Shown one piece after another: positions 38,488 through 48,011 of a stretch of 64,000 bases of DNA. The DNA lies in contig JBMNPM010000003.1 of NCBI GenBank assembly GCA_050943595.1, positions 16,499 to 80,498 of the forward strand. The letters run 5' to 3'. The stretch is from Thermoleophilia bacterium (lineage in GTDB: Bacteria > Actinomycetota > Thermoleophilia > RBG-16-64-13). The position numbers and the translations under genes were made by a program. Numbering within the stretch: position 1 is the first letter of the stretch; the number at the start of each line of letters is the position of its first letter. The notes beneath the pieces were generated by a model that made no database searches, was not told the origin of the DNA, and saw only the letters and a list, made by a program, of their open reading frames with translations.

Positions 38488-38709
38488 GTGGCCAAAAAGA
38501 AGTATGACCCTCTCTGGGAGGTCGTTGGTGAGAAGAACCCACTTCAAGGGACTGAGCCCTGTGTCGACGCCGTCTGCCCCTGGTGCCGGGTTACCGTACA
38601 TCTTGGGAACAAAGTAGCCGCGCGTGAGACCTATGAATGCGGTCTCTGTGGTGCACTCTCCAGTGTGGTTATCGAGGGAGGACGTCCAACGCTCCAGCGC
38701 GTGGAGTAA
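38488..38709 (+). CDS. Small zinc-ribbon protein (LysW-like Cys spacing)
   Basis: CPWC-x17-CGLC; GGAGG SD; divergent from lipB. Confidence 0.7.
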   Translation: MAKKKYDPLWEVVGEKNPLQGTEPCVDAVCPWCRVTVHLGNKVAARETYECGLCGALSSVVIEGGRPTLQRVE

Positions 38710-38794
38710 GTGTGTGGAGTAGGCGTGATTGGCGGTCCATGCCGACTGCAGTCGGCATGGCGATTCAGAATAGGGGCAACCTGCAGCCGATCAA

Positions 38795-39889
38795 TCAGTA
38801 ACGGACCACGGGACGACCGAGATCATCGGCCAAGTCGCCCAACTCATCGGCCAACTGGGCGGGGGCGGATACCGTCCAGGGATCTCCATCCGATATGTAG
38901 CGCAGTTCCGGGCGATCCTTGAATCTCTGGATGGCCTTGGGCAGATAGTCTGCGGTGCCTGTGATGCGCGGGATGTGTAGCGGATCGAATTTGACCGAGA
39001 ACGGCGACGGCGAGGGAGTATCGCCCAGTGCCAGTGCGGCAGTATAACCATACGTGGTCCCCTCGTACTCCCCTCGTGCGAGGATGCCGACATCGGCAGG
39101 ATATTCCCCATACGGTATGGCGATGCTGGTCACCGTGTAACCACCGCCGATGAGGTCTTCCAGCATCGACTTTGATTGGGCCAGTTGCTTGACTGCCTCA
39201 TTTGTGCTTGCCTTCTTGAGGTTCAGATGAGTCACGGTATGGCTGGCCACCTCATAGCCCCAGTCGACGAGGTTGTGCAGTTTTTCCCGCTGCCGATCGG
39301 GTTGACCAAAGATCACCCGTTCTTTGGGTACTACATCGAGCAGGCACGCGAAAGTACCCCGTGAAGCCCAACCACCTGCTTCTACGGCCGCCTGCATGAT
39401 GCCTACAGCTGACTTGGGATCGACAGTGCCGTCGTCGAGAATGCGGTATTGGCCCGGGCTGGAGTCATCGAAGGTGATGGCCACCGGTGACGTACCAGCT
39501 GGGATATCGATATTTCCCGAGACAAGGTCGCGTACATTGATGGGGTAAAAGCCCTCAGACTTAAGAAGGGCGATGTCATTGCGGAAGTTCTCCGGCGTAC
39601 GCGTCAATTTCGTCTCTTCGGTGTCGATGAGGTGATACATCAACACCAACACCTGCCCCATTTCGTTGGCGCCTATGGCGCGGGCATGTTCCGGGGTCAT
39701 GGGTTCAGAGGAGCTGCCGTCCGACCCCGTCTGCGCAGATGATCCGGCCGAGTCGGCAGCCTCGGCGGTAGCCACAACCTGGGCGGTCTCATGGTCCGAT
39801 CCGCCGAACGCCAGCCCAGAAATCAAACCCAGGAAAGCCCCCAGACCAAAGCTGACTATCAAGAAGCGGAGGAGTTTATTACGCCACAT
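38795..39889 (-). CDS. Membrane-anchored or secreted polysaccharide deacetylase (NodB/CE4)
   Basis: N-terminal hydrophobic segment, LMYH, ITFDD, ASHTVTH, PYG, IPRI. Confidence 0.9.
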   Translation of the reverse strand: MWRNKLLRFLIVSFGLGAFLGLISGLAFGGSDHETAQVVATAEAADSAGSSAQTGSDGSSSEPMTPEHARAIGANEMGQVLVLMYHLIDTEETKLTRTPENFRNDIALLKSEGFYPINVRDLVSGNIDIPAGTSPVAITFDDSSPGQYRILDDGTVDPKSAVGIMQAAVEAGGWASRGTFACLLDVVPKERVIFGQPDRQREKLHNLVDWGYEVASHTVTHLNLKKASTNEAVKQLAQSKSMLEDLIGGGYTVTSIAIPYGEYPADVGILARGEYEGTTYGYTAALALGDTPSPSPFSVKFDPLHIPRITGTADYLPKAIQRFKDRPELRYISDGDPWTVSAPAQLADELGDLADDLGRPVVRY

Positions 39890-39896
39890 GTCGCGG

Positions 39897-39922
39897 AGTG
39901 TACCAGATGCCTCTGTTAGAAT
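39897..39922. promoter_or_regulatory. Back-to-back extended -10 promoters
   Basis: Minus strand TGGTACACT (39905-39897), 7 nt before ATG 39889. Plus strand TGTTAGAAT (39914-22), 11 nt before ATG 39934. Confidence 0.55.
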
Positions 39923-39933
39923 GCTCCGACATC

Positions 39934-41184
39934 ATGGCGACAGGACATTCGAACAACCGCGCTCGTTCCTCCTCCCGCTCGGCCTCTAAGCGAAAGGCCG
40001 CCAAGCGTCGTTTGACCGTCAGCCTTGCAGGCGCGGTTCTTGCGTTCGCCGTGGGGTTCTTGCTCCTCTGGTCTCTGGGGAGTTGGCTGGTAGGCGGCGG
40101 GGGGTTCCCCGGCGGTTCTGAGGACAATGTTGTGTCGGCCCCTGCCGCAGTGCAGGCGGTGCACACTTACAATATCGAGCCACTGGTCGATCTGCGCGCT
40201 TTCCGGGATCTTTCCTATGAGCCCATCAAAGCCGTATACATGAGCAGCCATGCGGCCGGCTCATCTGCCTTCGTGGACAAACTCATCGGCTTGGCCGACC
40301 GCACAGAGATCAATGCCCTCGTCATCGATGTCAAGGAAGACATGGGCTACCTCACGTACGAAGCCGATGTGCCCTTGGCCAAAGAACAGGGACTCATCGA
40401 GGAGCGCATCGAGGACATCGACGCCTTCATTGCGAGGCTGCAGGAGCACCATATTATCCCGATCGCCCGGGTCGTCTGCTTCAAAGACACGTTGTTGGCC
40501 AAGAAGCGGCCCGACTTGGCTGTGAAAAGGACGGGTGGCGAGATCTGGGCAGATTTTAAAGGGCTCAGCTACACCAACCCGTACAACCACGACGTCTGGG
40601 AATACCTGGTACAGGTAGCTGAGGATGCTGCTCGCCGAGGCTTCCGTGAGATTCAGTTCGATTACGTACGCTTCCCCAGCGATGGGAAGATCTCTGAAGC
40701 CGTTTACCCCGGAGAGAATTCGAGCAAAGAGGATGCCATCGCCGCCTTTCTTGCCTACGCCCGTCCCCGGCTGGAGAAACTGGGCGTGTGGGTATCCGCC
40801 GACGTGTTCGGGCTGACCGTCTACGTAAAGGACGACATGGGCATAGGCCAGAAGATCGAGAAGGTCAGCCGGAACGTCGATATCGTCTGCCCTATGGTCT
40901 ACCCGTCCCACTATGAGTCGGGCTCCTATGGATTAGAAAATCCCAATGCGGCTCCATACGAGACCATCACGGCTGCGATGAAGGACACCAAACGGCGTTT
41001 GGCCGGCACGGGAGCCATGGGGCGTCCGTGGCTGCAGGATTTCTCATACCGTGGCATCAATTACGGTGTAGCGGAGGTCAAGGCACAGATCAAAGCCTCT
41101 GAAGAGCAGGGATTCATGGAGTGGATCCTCTGGGACCCCTCCCTGGATTACATGGAAGGGGCTCTGCGCAGTCAGGAGGGTTGA
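39934..41184 (+). CDS. Putative glycoside hydrolase (DUF4015 family), membrane-anchored
   Basis: INALVIDVKED.G, ARVVCFKD, GF.EIQFDYVRFP, SADVFG, PMVYPSHY, RPWLQDF. Confidence 0.88.
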   Translation: MATGHSNNRARSSSRSASKRKAAKRRLTVSLAGAVLAFAVGFLLLWSLGSWLVGGGGFPGGSEDNVVSAPAAVQAVHTYNIEPLVDLRAFRDLSYEPIKAVYMSSHAAGSSAFVDKLIGLADRTEINALVIDVKEDMGYLTYEADVPLAKEQGLIEERIEDIDAFIARLQEHHIIPIARVVCFKDTLLAKKRPDLAVKRTGGEIWADFKGLSYTNPYNHDVWEYLVQVAEDAARRGFREIQFDYVRFPSDGKISEAVYPGENSSKEDAIAAFLAYARPRLEKLGVWVSADVFGLTVYVKDDMGIGQKIEKVSRNVDIVCPMVYPSHYESGSYGLENPNAAPYETITAAMKDTKRRLAGTGAMGRPWLQDFSYRGINYGVAEVKAQIKASEEQGFMEWILWDPSLDYMEGALRSQEG

Positions 41185-41267
41185 CTCTGCATCGGAGGAG
41201 GGAGCCTGCGTACGAGGATCATGTATGAGAACCACGAGTATATGTATACGCGAACTGGAGGCAGAAC

Positions 41268-41669
41268 ATGAGTTTAGAACCGGGCCTCAGTGCCAAGGTC
41301 AAAGGTGTGGTGACATCCGATCTGACCGCGCGTAGCCAGGGGTCGGGTGATGTGGAAGGGTTGGCGACACCCGTCATGCTACGCATGATCGAAGCGGCTG
41401 CGATCAAGGCACTGGAGGGACGGCTGGCAGAAGCGATGACCAGCGTCGGCACCCGACTGGAAGTGACGCATGTGGCTCCCACACCGGTGGGGATGGAAGT
41501 GACCGCTCAGGCCACCCTGGTGGAGGTGGAGGGTAGGACCTTGGTGTTCGCAGTCTCCGCCGAGGACCAGGGCGGCGTGATTGGAAAAGGCACCCACCAG
41601 CGGGCCATTGTCGACCGGGAGCTCTTTGCGAACCGTATCCAGTCGCGCTGGACGCTGGGCCAGGAGTAG
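41268..41669 (+). CDS. Hotdog-fold thioesterase (FlK-like)
   Basis: GSGD...LATP.M...E, TSVGT...[17 protein letters not shown]. Confidence 0.9.
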   Translation: MSLEPGLSAKVKGVVTSDLTARSQGSGDVEGLATPVMLRMIEAAAIKALEGRLAEAMTSVGTRLEVTHVAPTPVGMEVTAQATLVEVEGRTLVFAVSAEDQGGVIGKGTHQRAIVDRELFANRIQSRWTLGQE

Positions 41670-41784
41670 GCGGCCGCAGGAGACAAAACGGCATCGCAGC
41701 CGCGAGGGCGTTTGGTACACTGCCGGGACGGCCGGATGGCCCGTCGTCGGTGGTCTTTTTGGTGTAGCGATTCAGGAGGCAAGA

Positions 41785-42993
41785 GTGCAGAACCATGATT
41801 TTTTGTTCACGTCGGAGTCGGTCAGCGAGGGCCATCCGGACAAGATGGCGGACCAAATATCCGATGCCGTGCTGGACGCCGTTCTGAGAGGCGATCCGCA
41901 GGGGCACGTGGCCTGTGAGACCCTCGTGACCACCGGTATGGTAGTCATCTCGGGTGAGATCACGACCGATACCTACGTGGATGTCCCTGCCATCGCCCGC
42001 AACACTATCGACCGCATCGGTTATACACGGGCTAAGTTCGGTTTTGATGCCCACACGTGTGGCGTTATCACCAGTATCCACGACCAGTCTCCCGATATCG
42101 CCCAGGGTGTGAGTGCGGCTCTCGAATGCCGCACTGATTCCAGCGACGACGCGCTCGACTGCCAGGGCGCCGGTGATCAGGGCATGATGTTCGGTTACGC
42201 CTGCCGCGACACCGACGAACTCATGCCCATGCCCATCCTTCTGGCTCATCGATTGGTGCACCGCATGAGCCAAGTACGCAAGGGCGACATACTCAGATAC
42301 CTCCGTCCGGACGGCAAAAGCCAGGTAACGGTCAGATACTCGGACGGCAAGCCGCAGTGGATCAGCGCTGTGGTCCTGTCGACACAGCATAAGGACGGCA
42401 TCGACATAGACACCCTTCTGCGACCAGACCTCATTGAGCATGTCATCCGGCCGATTCTACCCGAAGGTCTGTACGATCCGGAATTCAAGAAGACCAAGCT
42501 GTTCGTCAACCCCACGGGCAAGTTCGTCATAGGCGGCCCCATGGGTGACACCGGTCTCACCGGGCGCAAGATCATTGTTGATACATACGGGGGCTTCGGT
42601 CGTCATGGTGGTGGTGCCTTCTCCGGTAAGGACCCCTCCAAGGTCGATCGGTCGGCCGCCTACGCCGCCCGCTATGTAGCTAAGAACATTGTGGCCGCGG
42701 GGTTGGCTGAACGGTGCGAGGTGCAGATCGCCTACGCCATCGGGGTGGCCCGTCCGGTGAGCGTCATGGTCAACTGCTTCGGGACCGAGGCGATCTCCAC
42801 GGAACTCATTGCTGAGTTGGTGAACAGCCACTTCGATCTGCGTCCGGCGGCCATCATCCGTGACCTGAACCTACTACGTCCCATCTACGAAAAGACTGCG
42901 GCCTACGGTCACTTCGGACGCGAGGATGCCGACTTTACATGGGAACGCACCGACAAGGCGGCTCGTCTGCGTGAGGATGCGGGATTGAGCTAA
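41785..42993 (+). CDS. metK: S-adenosylmethionine synthetase
   Basis: [42 protein letters not shown]; SD AGGAGG before GTG 41785. Confidence 0.98.
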   Translation: MQNHDFLFTSESVSEGHPDKMADQISDAVLDAVLRGDPQGHVACETLVTTGMVVISGEITTDTYVDVPAIARNTIDRIGYTRAKFGFDAHTCGVITSIHDQSPDIAQGVSAALECRTDSSDDALDCQGAGDQGMMFGYACRDTDELMPMPILLAHRLVHRMSQVRKGDILRYLRPDGKSQVTVRYSDGKPQWISAVVLSTQHKDGIDIDTLLRPDLIEHVIRPILPEGLYDPEFKKTKLFVNPTGKFVIGGPMGDTGLTGRKIIVDTYGGFGRHGGGAFSGKDPSKVDRSAAYAARYVAKNIVAAGLAERCEVQIAYAIGVARPVSVMVNCFGTEAISTELIAELVNSHFDLRPAAIIRDLNLLRPIYEKTAAYGHFGREDADFTWERTDKAARLREDAGLS

Positions 42994-43193
42994 CAACCTG
43001 CTTGCTGGGGCGACCCCCGGACGCGCGGCCGGATGCAGCGTGCCCGCCGACCTCTGTGCGGCGGCGCCCCGCACAGATGAGGGTGGAGCGGCGCCATGCA
43101 CTCCGGTGTGTCGCCGATATCATCGTCGTCGGCGCATCGGGCGGCCATAAACCCAGTATCCGGCAGAGATCTTCGGGAGTGTGAGAAGCGCAG

Positions 43194-45449
43194 ATGACGT
43201 CGACTGCGAGCGGGCAGTGCAGGTCAACCGTGCAGGTCGTCCCCCTTCTCCGCCTCCACCATCTAGGCAACCGCCGGTTTGACTATCTGGTGCCCGATGG
43301 ACTCGAGGGAACCGTGGGCCCCGGATCTGTGGTTTACGTCCCCTTCGGTCGTCGAACCGTGCGGGCCGTCGTCGTGGGGGAGGGAGGTAGCAACGACCGG
43401 CCCAGTTCGGAGTTACGTCCTCTTGATTCGGTCGAGCCCGAGACGATACCCTCTGATCTGTTCCGCCTGGCTGAGACCGTAGCCCACCGCTATTTGGCTT
43501 CGTATGAGTCGTGCTTGCGCCTGGTCACTCCTCCAAGCAGAGGCCGAAAACGGTCGAACAGTGGGCGGGCCTCTCGGGATCGTTGGGTTGAGTCAGCCAT
43601 TAGCTGCGAAGCTCTCGATCTTCAAGTACGCCTCACGAAGAAACAGCAGCTGCTCGTCGGGTGCGTGCCGCCCGGCGGAGCACCCTTAGCCGGTCTATGT
43701 GAGCGGGCAGGAGTAGGACGAGGTGTGCTGCGGACCCTCCTCGACAAAGGCGTCCTCGTCCTGCGGGATCCCCCCCTTGCGGGGGCGCTGACCACGGACC
43801 CGGCCGCGACGCCCACTGGCTCCTCCTGCTTTGCCGATGGAGGCGTGAAGACCGTGCCTCCTGAACTGTGGCCTGAGCAACAGCAGGCCGTCGACCGGCT
43901 GCTCCAAGACTTCGCGGCTGATGGTCTCTCTGAGCGGCTGTTGTGGGGTGTCACCGGCAGTGGCAAGACGGAAGTGTACCTGTGCCTCATCGCCCGGGCT
44001 GTGGAACAGGGGTGGGGAGCTATCCTGCTCGTGCCCGAGATAGCCCTCACACCTCAGATGATCGGCCGGGTCAAAGAGCGTTTTGGCGGGCGAGTGGCGC
44101 CTCTCCACAGCGGACTCACCAAGAAGGAGCGGGCGCAGGAATACGCCCGCATCGCCTCCGGTCGGGCGCAGGTGGTGGTCGGCGCCCGCTCCGCCGTCTT
44201 TGCTCCCGTACCCAGATTACGTCTGATCATCGTTGATGAAGCCCACGAGACGTCCTACAAGCAGGATGAAGAGCCGCGCTATCACGCGGTAACCGTAGCC
44301 CGACTACGGTTGGCTGAGAGCGGAGGGTTGCTGCTCAAGGGTACGGCTACACCATCGGTGGAGAGTATGTGCACGCCGGAAGGTAGGCTCCGGCTGTCGC
44401 GGCGGGCCGTCGGCCAAGAGCCCGCCTGCGAGGTAGTCGATATGCGTAGACAGGGCCCCGGGCTTCTGTTGGCTCCCTACTCGCGTGAAGCCCTCGCAGC
44501 CACTATGCGATGTGATGAACAGGCAATCGTCCTTCTCAACCGACGCGGCTACGCCGGCTATGTCCACTGTGATGCGTGTGGACACGCCCTTATGTGCAGT
44601 GACTGTGAACTCTCCCTCACCTATCACAGCCGCATCCACCGCCTCGTTTGCCACCACTGTGGCCGCACCTATGAGCAACCCACCCGCTGCCCGGCATGTG
44701 GGGAGGGGCCGCTTACCCGCGGAACGCCGGGAACGGAGCGCCTGGCCCAGGAACTAAAAGCCCTGGTGCCGCGGGAGCAGGTCTTTCGGATGGACTCCGA
44801 TGTGCTCGGGGGCGGGCGGCAGGTATCTGCCATCCTTGAGGCCTTTAGCGAGGCTCGGCCTGCGGTGTTGTTGGGCACTCAGATGGTTGCCAAAGGCCAC
44901 GACTTCCCCGATGTGACTCTGGTCCTGGTCGCCGATGCCGACACGGGGCTATACATACCGGACTTTCGTGCTGCTGAGAGGACCTTCCAACTGCTGCGCC
45001 AAGTGGCGGGGCGAACCGGCCGAGCGGGTAGGCCGGGAAGGGTGGTGGTCCAAACCTGGAATCCCGATGTGCCCTGTATTAAAATGGCTCTTGAACGCGA
45101 TGAGCAGCGTTTTTACGACGAAGAGTTGGCAACGCGGTCCCGCTTGAGGTATCCACCTTTTAGCCAGATCGTTCGTTTGGTGATGTCGGCGTCCGACCCA
45201 GAGCGGGCTCAGGCGGCCGCACGGTTTCTCGCCGATCGGCTGGCTCCCTATTTCGGTGCCCATGAAGTGTGGGGTCCCTCGCGATTACCAGCGCTGAGAG
45301 GTAGGACTCGCTGGCACATCTTGGTGGTCGCGGTGGATGGCGTACGCATGCGGGCGATCGTAGGCCAAGCGGTCACACAACTGACCGAGCCGTACCGGCG
45401 ACGGGGAGTCCGTCTGCTGGTTGATGTCGATCCACTCTCATTCACCTGA
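43194..45449 (+). CDS. priA: Primosomal protein N' (replication restart helicase)
   Basis: GVTGSGKTEVY, LVPEIALT, DEAH, four CxxC pairs, GTQMVAKGHDFP, QVAGR.GR. Confidence 0.97.
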   Translation: MTSTASGQCRSTVQVVPLLRLHHLGNRRFDYLVPDGLEGTVGPGSVVYVPFGRRTVRAVVVGEGGSNDRPSSELRPLDSVEPETIPSDLFRLAETVAHRYLASYESCLRLVTPPSRGRKRSNSGRASRDRWVESAISCEALDLQVRLTKKQQLLVGCVPPGGAPLAGLCERAGVGRGVLRTLLDKGVLVLRDPPLAGALTTDPAATPTGSSCFADGGVKTVPPELWPEQQQAVDRLLQDFAADGLSERLLWGVTGSGKTEVYLCLIARAVEQGWGAILLVPEIALTPQMIGRVKERFGGRVAPLHSGLTKKERAQEYARIASGRAQVVVGARSAVFAPVPRLRLIIVDEAHETSYKQDEEPRYHAVTVARLRLAESGGLLLKGTATPSVESMCTPEGRLRLSRRAVGQEPACEVVDMRRQGPGLLLAPYSREALAATMRCDEQAIVLLNRRGYAGYVHCDACGHALMCSDCELSLTYHSRIHRLVCHHCGRTYEQPTRCPACGEGPLTRGTPGTERLAQELKALVPREQVFRMDSDVLGGGRQVSAILEAFSEARPAVLLGTQMVAKGHDFPDVTLVLVADADTGLYIPDFRAAERTFQLLRQVAGRTGRAGRPGRVVVQTWNPDVPCIKMALERDEQRFYDEELATRSRLRYPPFSQIVRLVMSASDPERAQAAARFLADRLAPYFGAHEVWGPSRLPALRGRTRWHILVVAVDGVRMRAIVGQAVTQLTEPYRRRGVRLLVDVDPLSFT

Positions 45450-45471
45450 TATGAACTACCTGATATGAATT
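45444..45471 (+). repeat. 14-bp tandem duplication spanning the priA stop codon
   Basis: ACCTGATATGAACT / ACCTGATATGAATT. Confidence 0.8.
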
Positions 45472-45490
45472 GAAGAACTGAGCGGAACAT

Positions 45491-46042
45491 ATGGCGAAAC
45501 GGAAGAACAGCAAGAAACCCCGTGCGGGAACATGCGAGACTTTCGAGATCTTGCGCACCTTTGGCGACCCTGTGCTCAAACAACAAACCCGGCCGGTGAC
45601 CTCCTTTGATCCTCACCTCCGCAAACTGTGCGAGACCATGTTCGACATCATGGAGCGAGAGGAAGGCGTTGGGTTGGCAGCCCCCCAGATCGGTGTGCTG
45701 AGCCGGCTCATGGTTTGGGCGGATCCCGACGAAGACTACAAACGGCACATCTTCGTAAATCCCCACATCCTGCACATGTCCGACGTTACGACTGTGGAGC
45801 CGGAGGGATGTTTATCGCTCCCAGGCGAGATGATGGAGGTGCCCCGCGCTGATGAGGTGCTGGTGGAGGCCCAGGACGTGGAGGGAGAGGTCTTCCGCAT
45901 GCAGCTCTCCGGCTTCCAGGCCCGTGTGGTGCAACACGAGGTCGATCATCTCGACGGCCGCCTGATCCTCGATCGTACCTCGCCGGAGGAGAGGCGGAGG
46001 GTCCTCAAAGAGATGCGTGACCGCGTCCTGGAAGGCACGTGA
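45491..46042 (+). CDS. def: Peptide deformylase
   Basis: GVGLAAPQIG, EGCLS, QHEVDHLDG. Confidence 0.97.
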   Translation: MAKRKNSKKPRAGTCETFEILRTFGDPVLKQQTRPVTSFDPHLRKLCETMFDIMEREEGVGLAAPQIGVLSRLMVWADPDEDYKRHIFVNPHILHMSDVTTVEPEGCLSLPGEMMEVPRADEVLVEAQDVEGEVFRMQLSGFQARVVQHEVDHLDGRLILDRTSPEERRRVLKEMRDRVLEGT

Positions 46043-47022
46043 GCTTCGCCTTTGCCGGCACCCCGGACTTCGCAGCCCGGGTCTTACGACACCTCGACGA
46101 ACGTGGTCGAAAACCGACCCTAGTCATCTCTCAGCCCGACCGGCCACGTGGTCGCGGCCGTAAGACGGTTTCTCCGCCCACCATCATAGAGGCCGAGCGG
46201 CTACGCATAGACGCTCTGCAGGTGGAGGATCTGAACCTGCCGGAGGTCGCTGATCGCATCGCATCCACCGGAGTCCAAACCCTAGTGGTGGCCGCCTTCG
46301 GCCAGATCCTACGGCCCTCGCTCCTAGACCGCTTTCTCTGCCTGAACGTCCATGCTTCGTTGCTCCCCGCCTATCGAGGAGCCGCCCCTATCGAGAGGGC
46401 CCTCGCAGCCGGAGAAGAGCGTGTGGGAGTGAGCATCATGCGCATGACTCCCGGTTTGGATGAAGGTCCCTGGGCCCTGCAGACGGCCCTCAGTGTGGGG
46501 CTGCACGACGATACCGGGTCCCTCGAACACGCCCTAGCGTTACTGGGGGCCCTGGGTATCGACCAAGTTCTCACCGGCATAGCGGACGGGACCGTCTGCT
46601 GGCACGAGCAGGGACACGGAGCGAGCTATGCCCACAAACTGTCCGCTGCCGACACCTTCCTCGATGTTTCTTTGTCTGCTCGAGCTCTCCACGCCCACGT
46701 GAGGGCCCTCAGCCCTCACGTGGGCGTACGGACACATAGCGGAGAGGTTGAGTTCAAGATATGGCGCACCTGGCCCTACGGATCGCCAGGACTCGACGCA
46801 GTACCTCCCCCGGGTCTGTCTGTGGCCGATACTCCAGGGCGGCTGATGGCCTCAGCCGGGCGTCTGTTCCTCGGCTGCAGTCAAGGGGTAGTGGAACTGC
46901 TCCTCGTCCAGCCGGCCGGCAAGGCCCGTATGAGAGTGGCCGATTTCCTGCGTGGCTACGGTACTCGGCTGGGCGCTAGGGTTGATCCGCCGGCCGGCGC
47001 AGCCGGGGCCGTACCGGTCTGA
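46039..47022 (+). CDS. fmt: Methionyl-tRNA formyltransferase
   Basis: FAGTPDFA, QPDRP.GRG, NVHASLLP.YRGAAPI, GLDEG. Confidence 0.96.
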   Translation: MSFAFAGTPDFAARVLRHLDERGRKPTLVISQPDRPRGRGRKTVSPPTIIEAERLRIDALQVEDLNLPEVADRIASTGVQTLVVAAFGQILRPSLLDRFLCLNVHASLLPAYRGAAPIERALAAGEERVGVSIMRMTPGLDEGPWALQTALSVGLHDDTGSLEHALALLGALGIDQVLTGIADGTVCWHEQGHGASYAHKLSAADTFLDVSLSARALHAHVRALSPHVGVRTHSGEVEFKIWRTWPYGSPGLDAVPPPGLSVADTPGRLMASAGRLFLGCSQGVVELLLVQPAGKARMRVADFLRGYGTRLGARVDPPAGAAGAVPV

Positions 47023-47042
47023 TTTGAGAAGAAGGAGGCGTC

Positions 47043-47741
47043 ATGCCCATCCCTGCCGAGGTCTACCGGGAAGTACACCTTTCCCCCTCCATCCTGTCCG
47101 CCGACTTCTCCCGCCTGGGCGAGCAGATCTCGTTGGTCATGGATGTCGGCGTGCGCATGATCCATTTTGATGTCATGGACGGCCATTTCGTACCCAACCT
47201 CAGCATAGGCCCGGGCGTACTTAAATCCGTAGCCCCGTTGGTCCATGGCCGTGGTGGCCTCTTTTCCGTACATCTCATGTTGGCCCAGCCCGAGAAGTAC
47301 GTGGCCGATTTCATCCACGCTGGAGCGGATGCCGTCAGTTTTCACGTGGAGTCCGGTGTCCACCATCGTCAGACTATAGCCACCATCAAACGCCTGGGCG
47401 CAGGGGCAGGGGTGGCTCTCAATCCCGGCACAGACCTCACTCGGGTGGCTGAGTTGCTGCCCCTAGTTGACTTCGTGCTGGTCATGACTGTGAACCCCGG
47501 CTTCGGAGGCCAAAAACACATCCCGGCAGCGCTCAACAAACTCCCGCGGCTTCGGGAGGTACTGCCACCGGAGGCTGCCATAGAGGTGGACGGCGGCATC
47601 GATCGCCATAACATCCAGCACGCGGTGCAGGCGGGTGCGAACTGGGTGGTTGCCGGCTCTGCCGTTTTTGGTGCCGCTGATCCCGCCGCCGAAGCCCTCA
47701 CACTTCAGGAGCGGGCCCGGGCTGCACAGATGTATGGGTAA
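47043..47741 (+). CDS. rpe: Ribulose-phosphate 3-epimerase
   Basis: SPSILSADF, HFDVMDGHFVPN, MTVNPGFGGQ, EVDGG, VAGSAVF. Confidence 0.97.
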   Translation: MPIPAEVYREVHLSPSILSADFSRLGEQISLVMDVGVRMIHFDVMDGHFVPNLSIGPGVLKSVAPLVHGRGGLFSVHLMLAQPEKYVADFIHAGADAVSFHVESGVHHRQTIATIKRLGAGAGVALNPGTDLTRVAELLPLVDFVLVMTVNPGFGGQKHIPAALNKLPRLREVLPPEAAIEVDGGIDRHNIQHAVQAGANWVVAGSAVFGAADPAAEALTLQERARAAQMYG

Positions 47742-47835
47742 GGGCTCATAGGTGAAGGCCGACCTGGTAGCTCCGTGTCGCCTATGGTAGATTCATCACC
47801 AACGCCGCACATGAGGCGTGACGCTTCAGCAGCAT

Positions 47836-47957
47836 GGTCTTCGGGGTCGGGTGAGATTCCCTACCGGCGGTAAAGCCCGCGAGCCTAGTAGCCTTCTGGC
47901 CAGGCAGACCAGGTGAGATTCCTGGGCCGACAGTGACAGTCTGGATGAGAGAAGACC
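47836..47957 (+). ncRNA. FMN riboswitch (RFN element)
   Basis: GGTCTTCGGGGTCGGGTGAGATTCCCTACCGGCGGTAAAGCCCGCGAG...GCCGACAGTGACAGTCTGGATGAGAGAAGACC upstream of the rib operon; extended -10 TGGTAGATT at 47785-93. Confidence 0.97.
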
Positions 47958-47980
47958 GGAGCAGCAGGTACGCTCTGTCG

Positions 47981-48010
47981 ACCCCTGGGCCGAATGGCAA
48001 GGGGTTTTTT
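47981..48010 (+). terminator. Riboswitch expression-platform terminator / SD sequestor
   Basis: ACCCCT..GCC-GAAT-GGC.AGGGGT stem followed by a T-run. Confidence 0.75.
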
Positions 48011-48011
48011 G

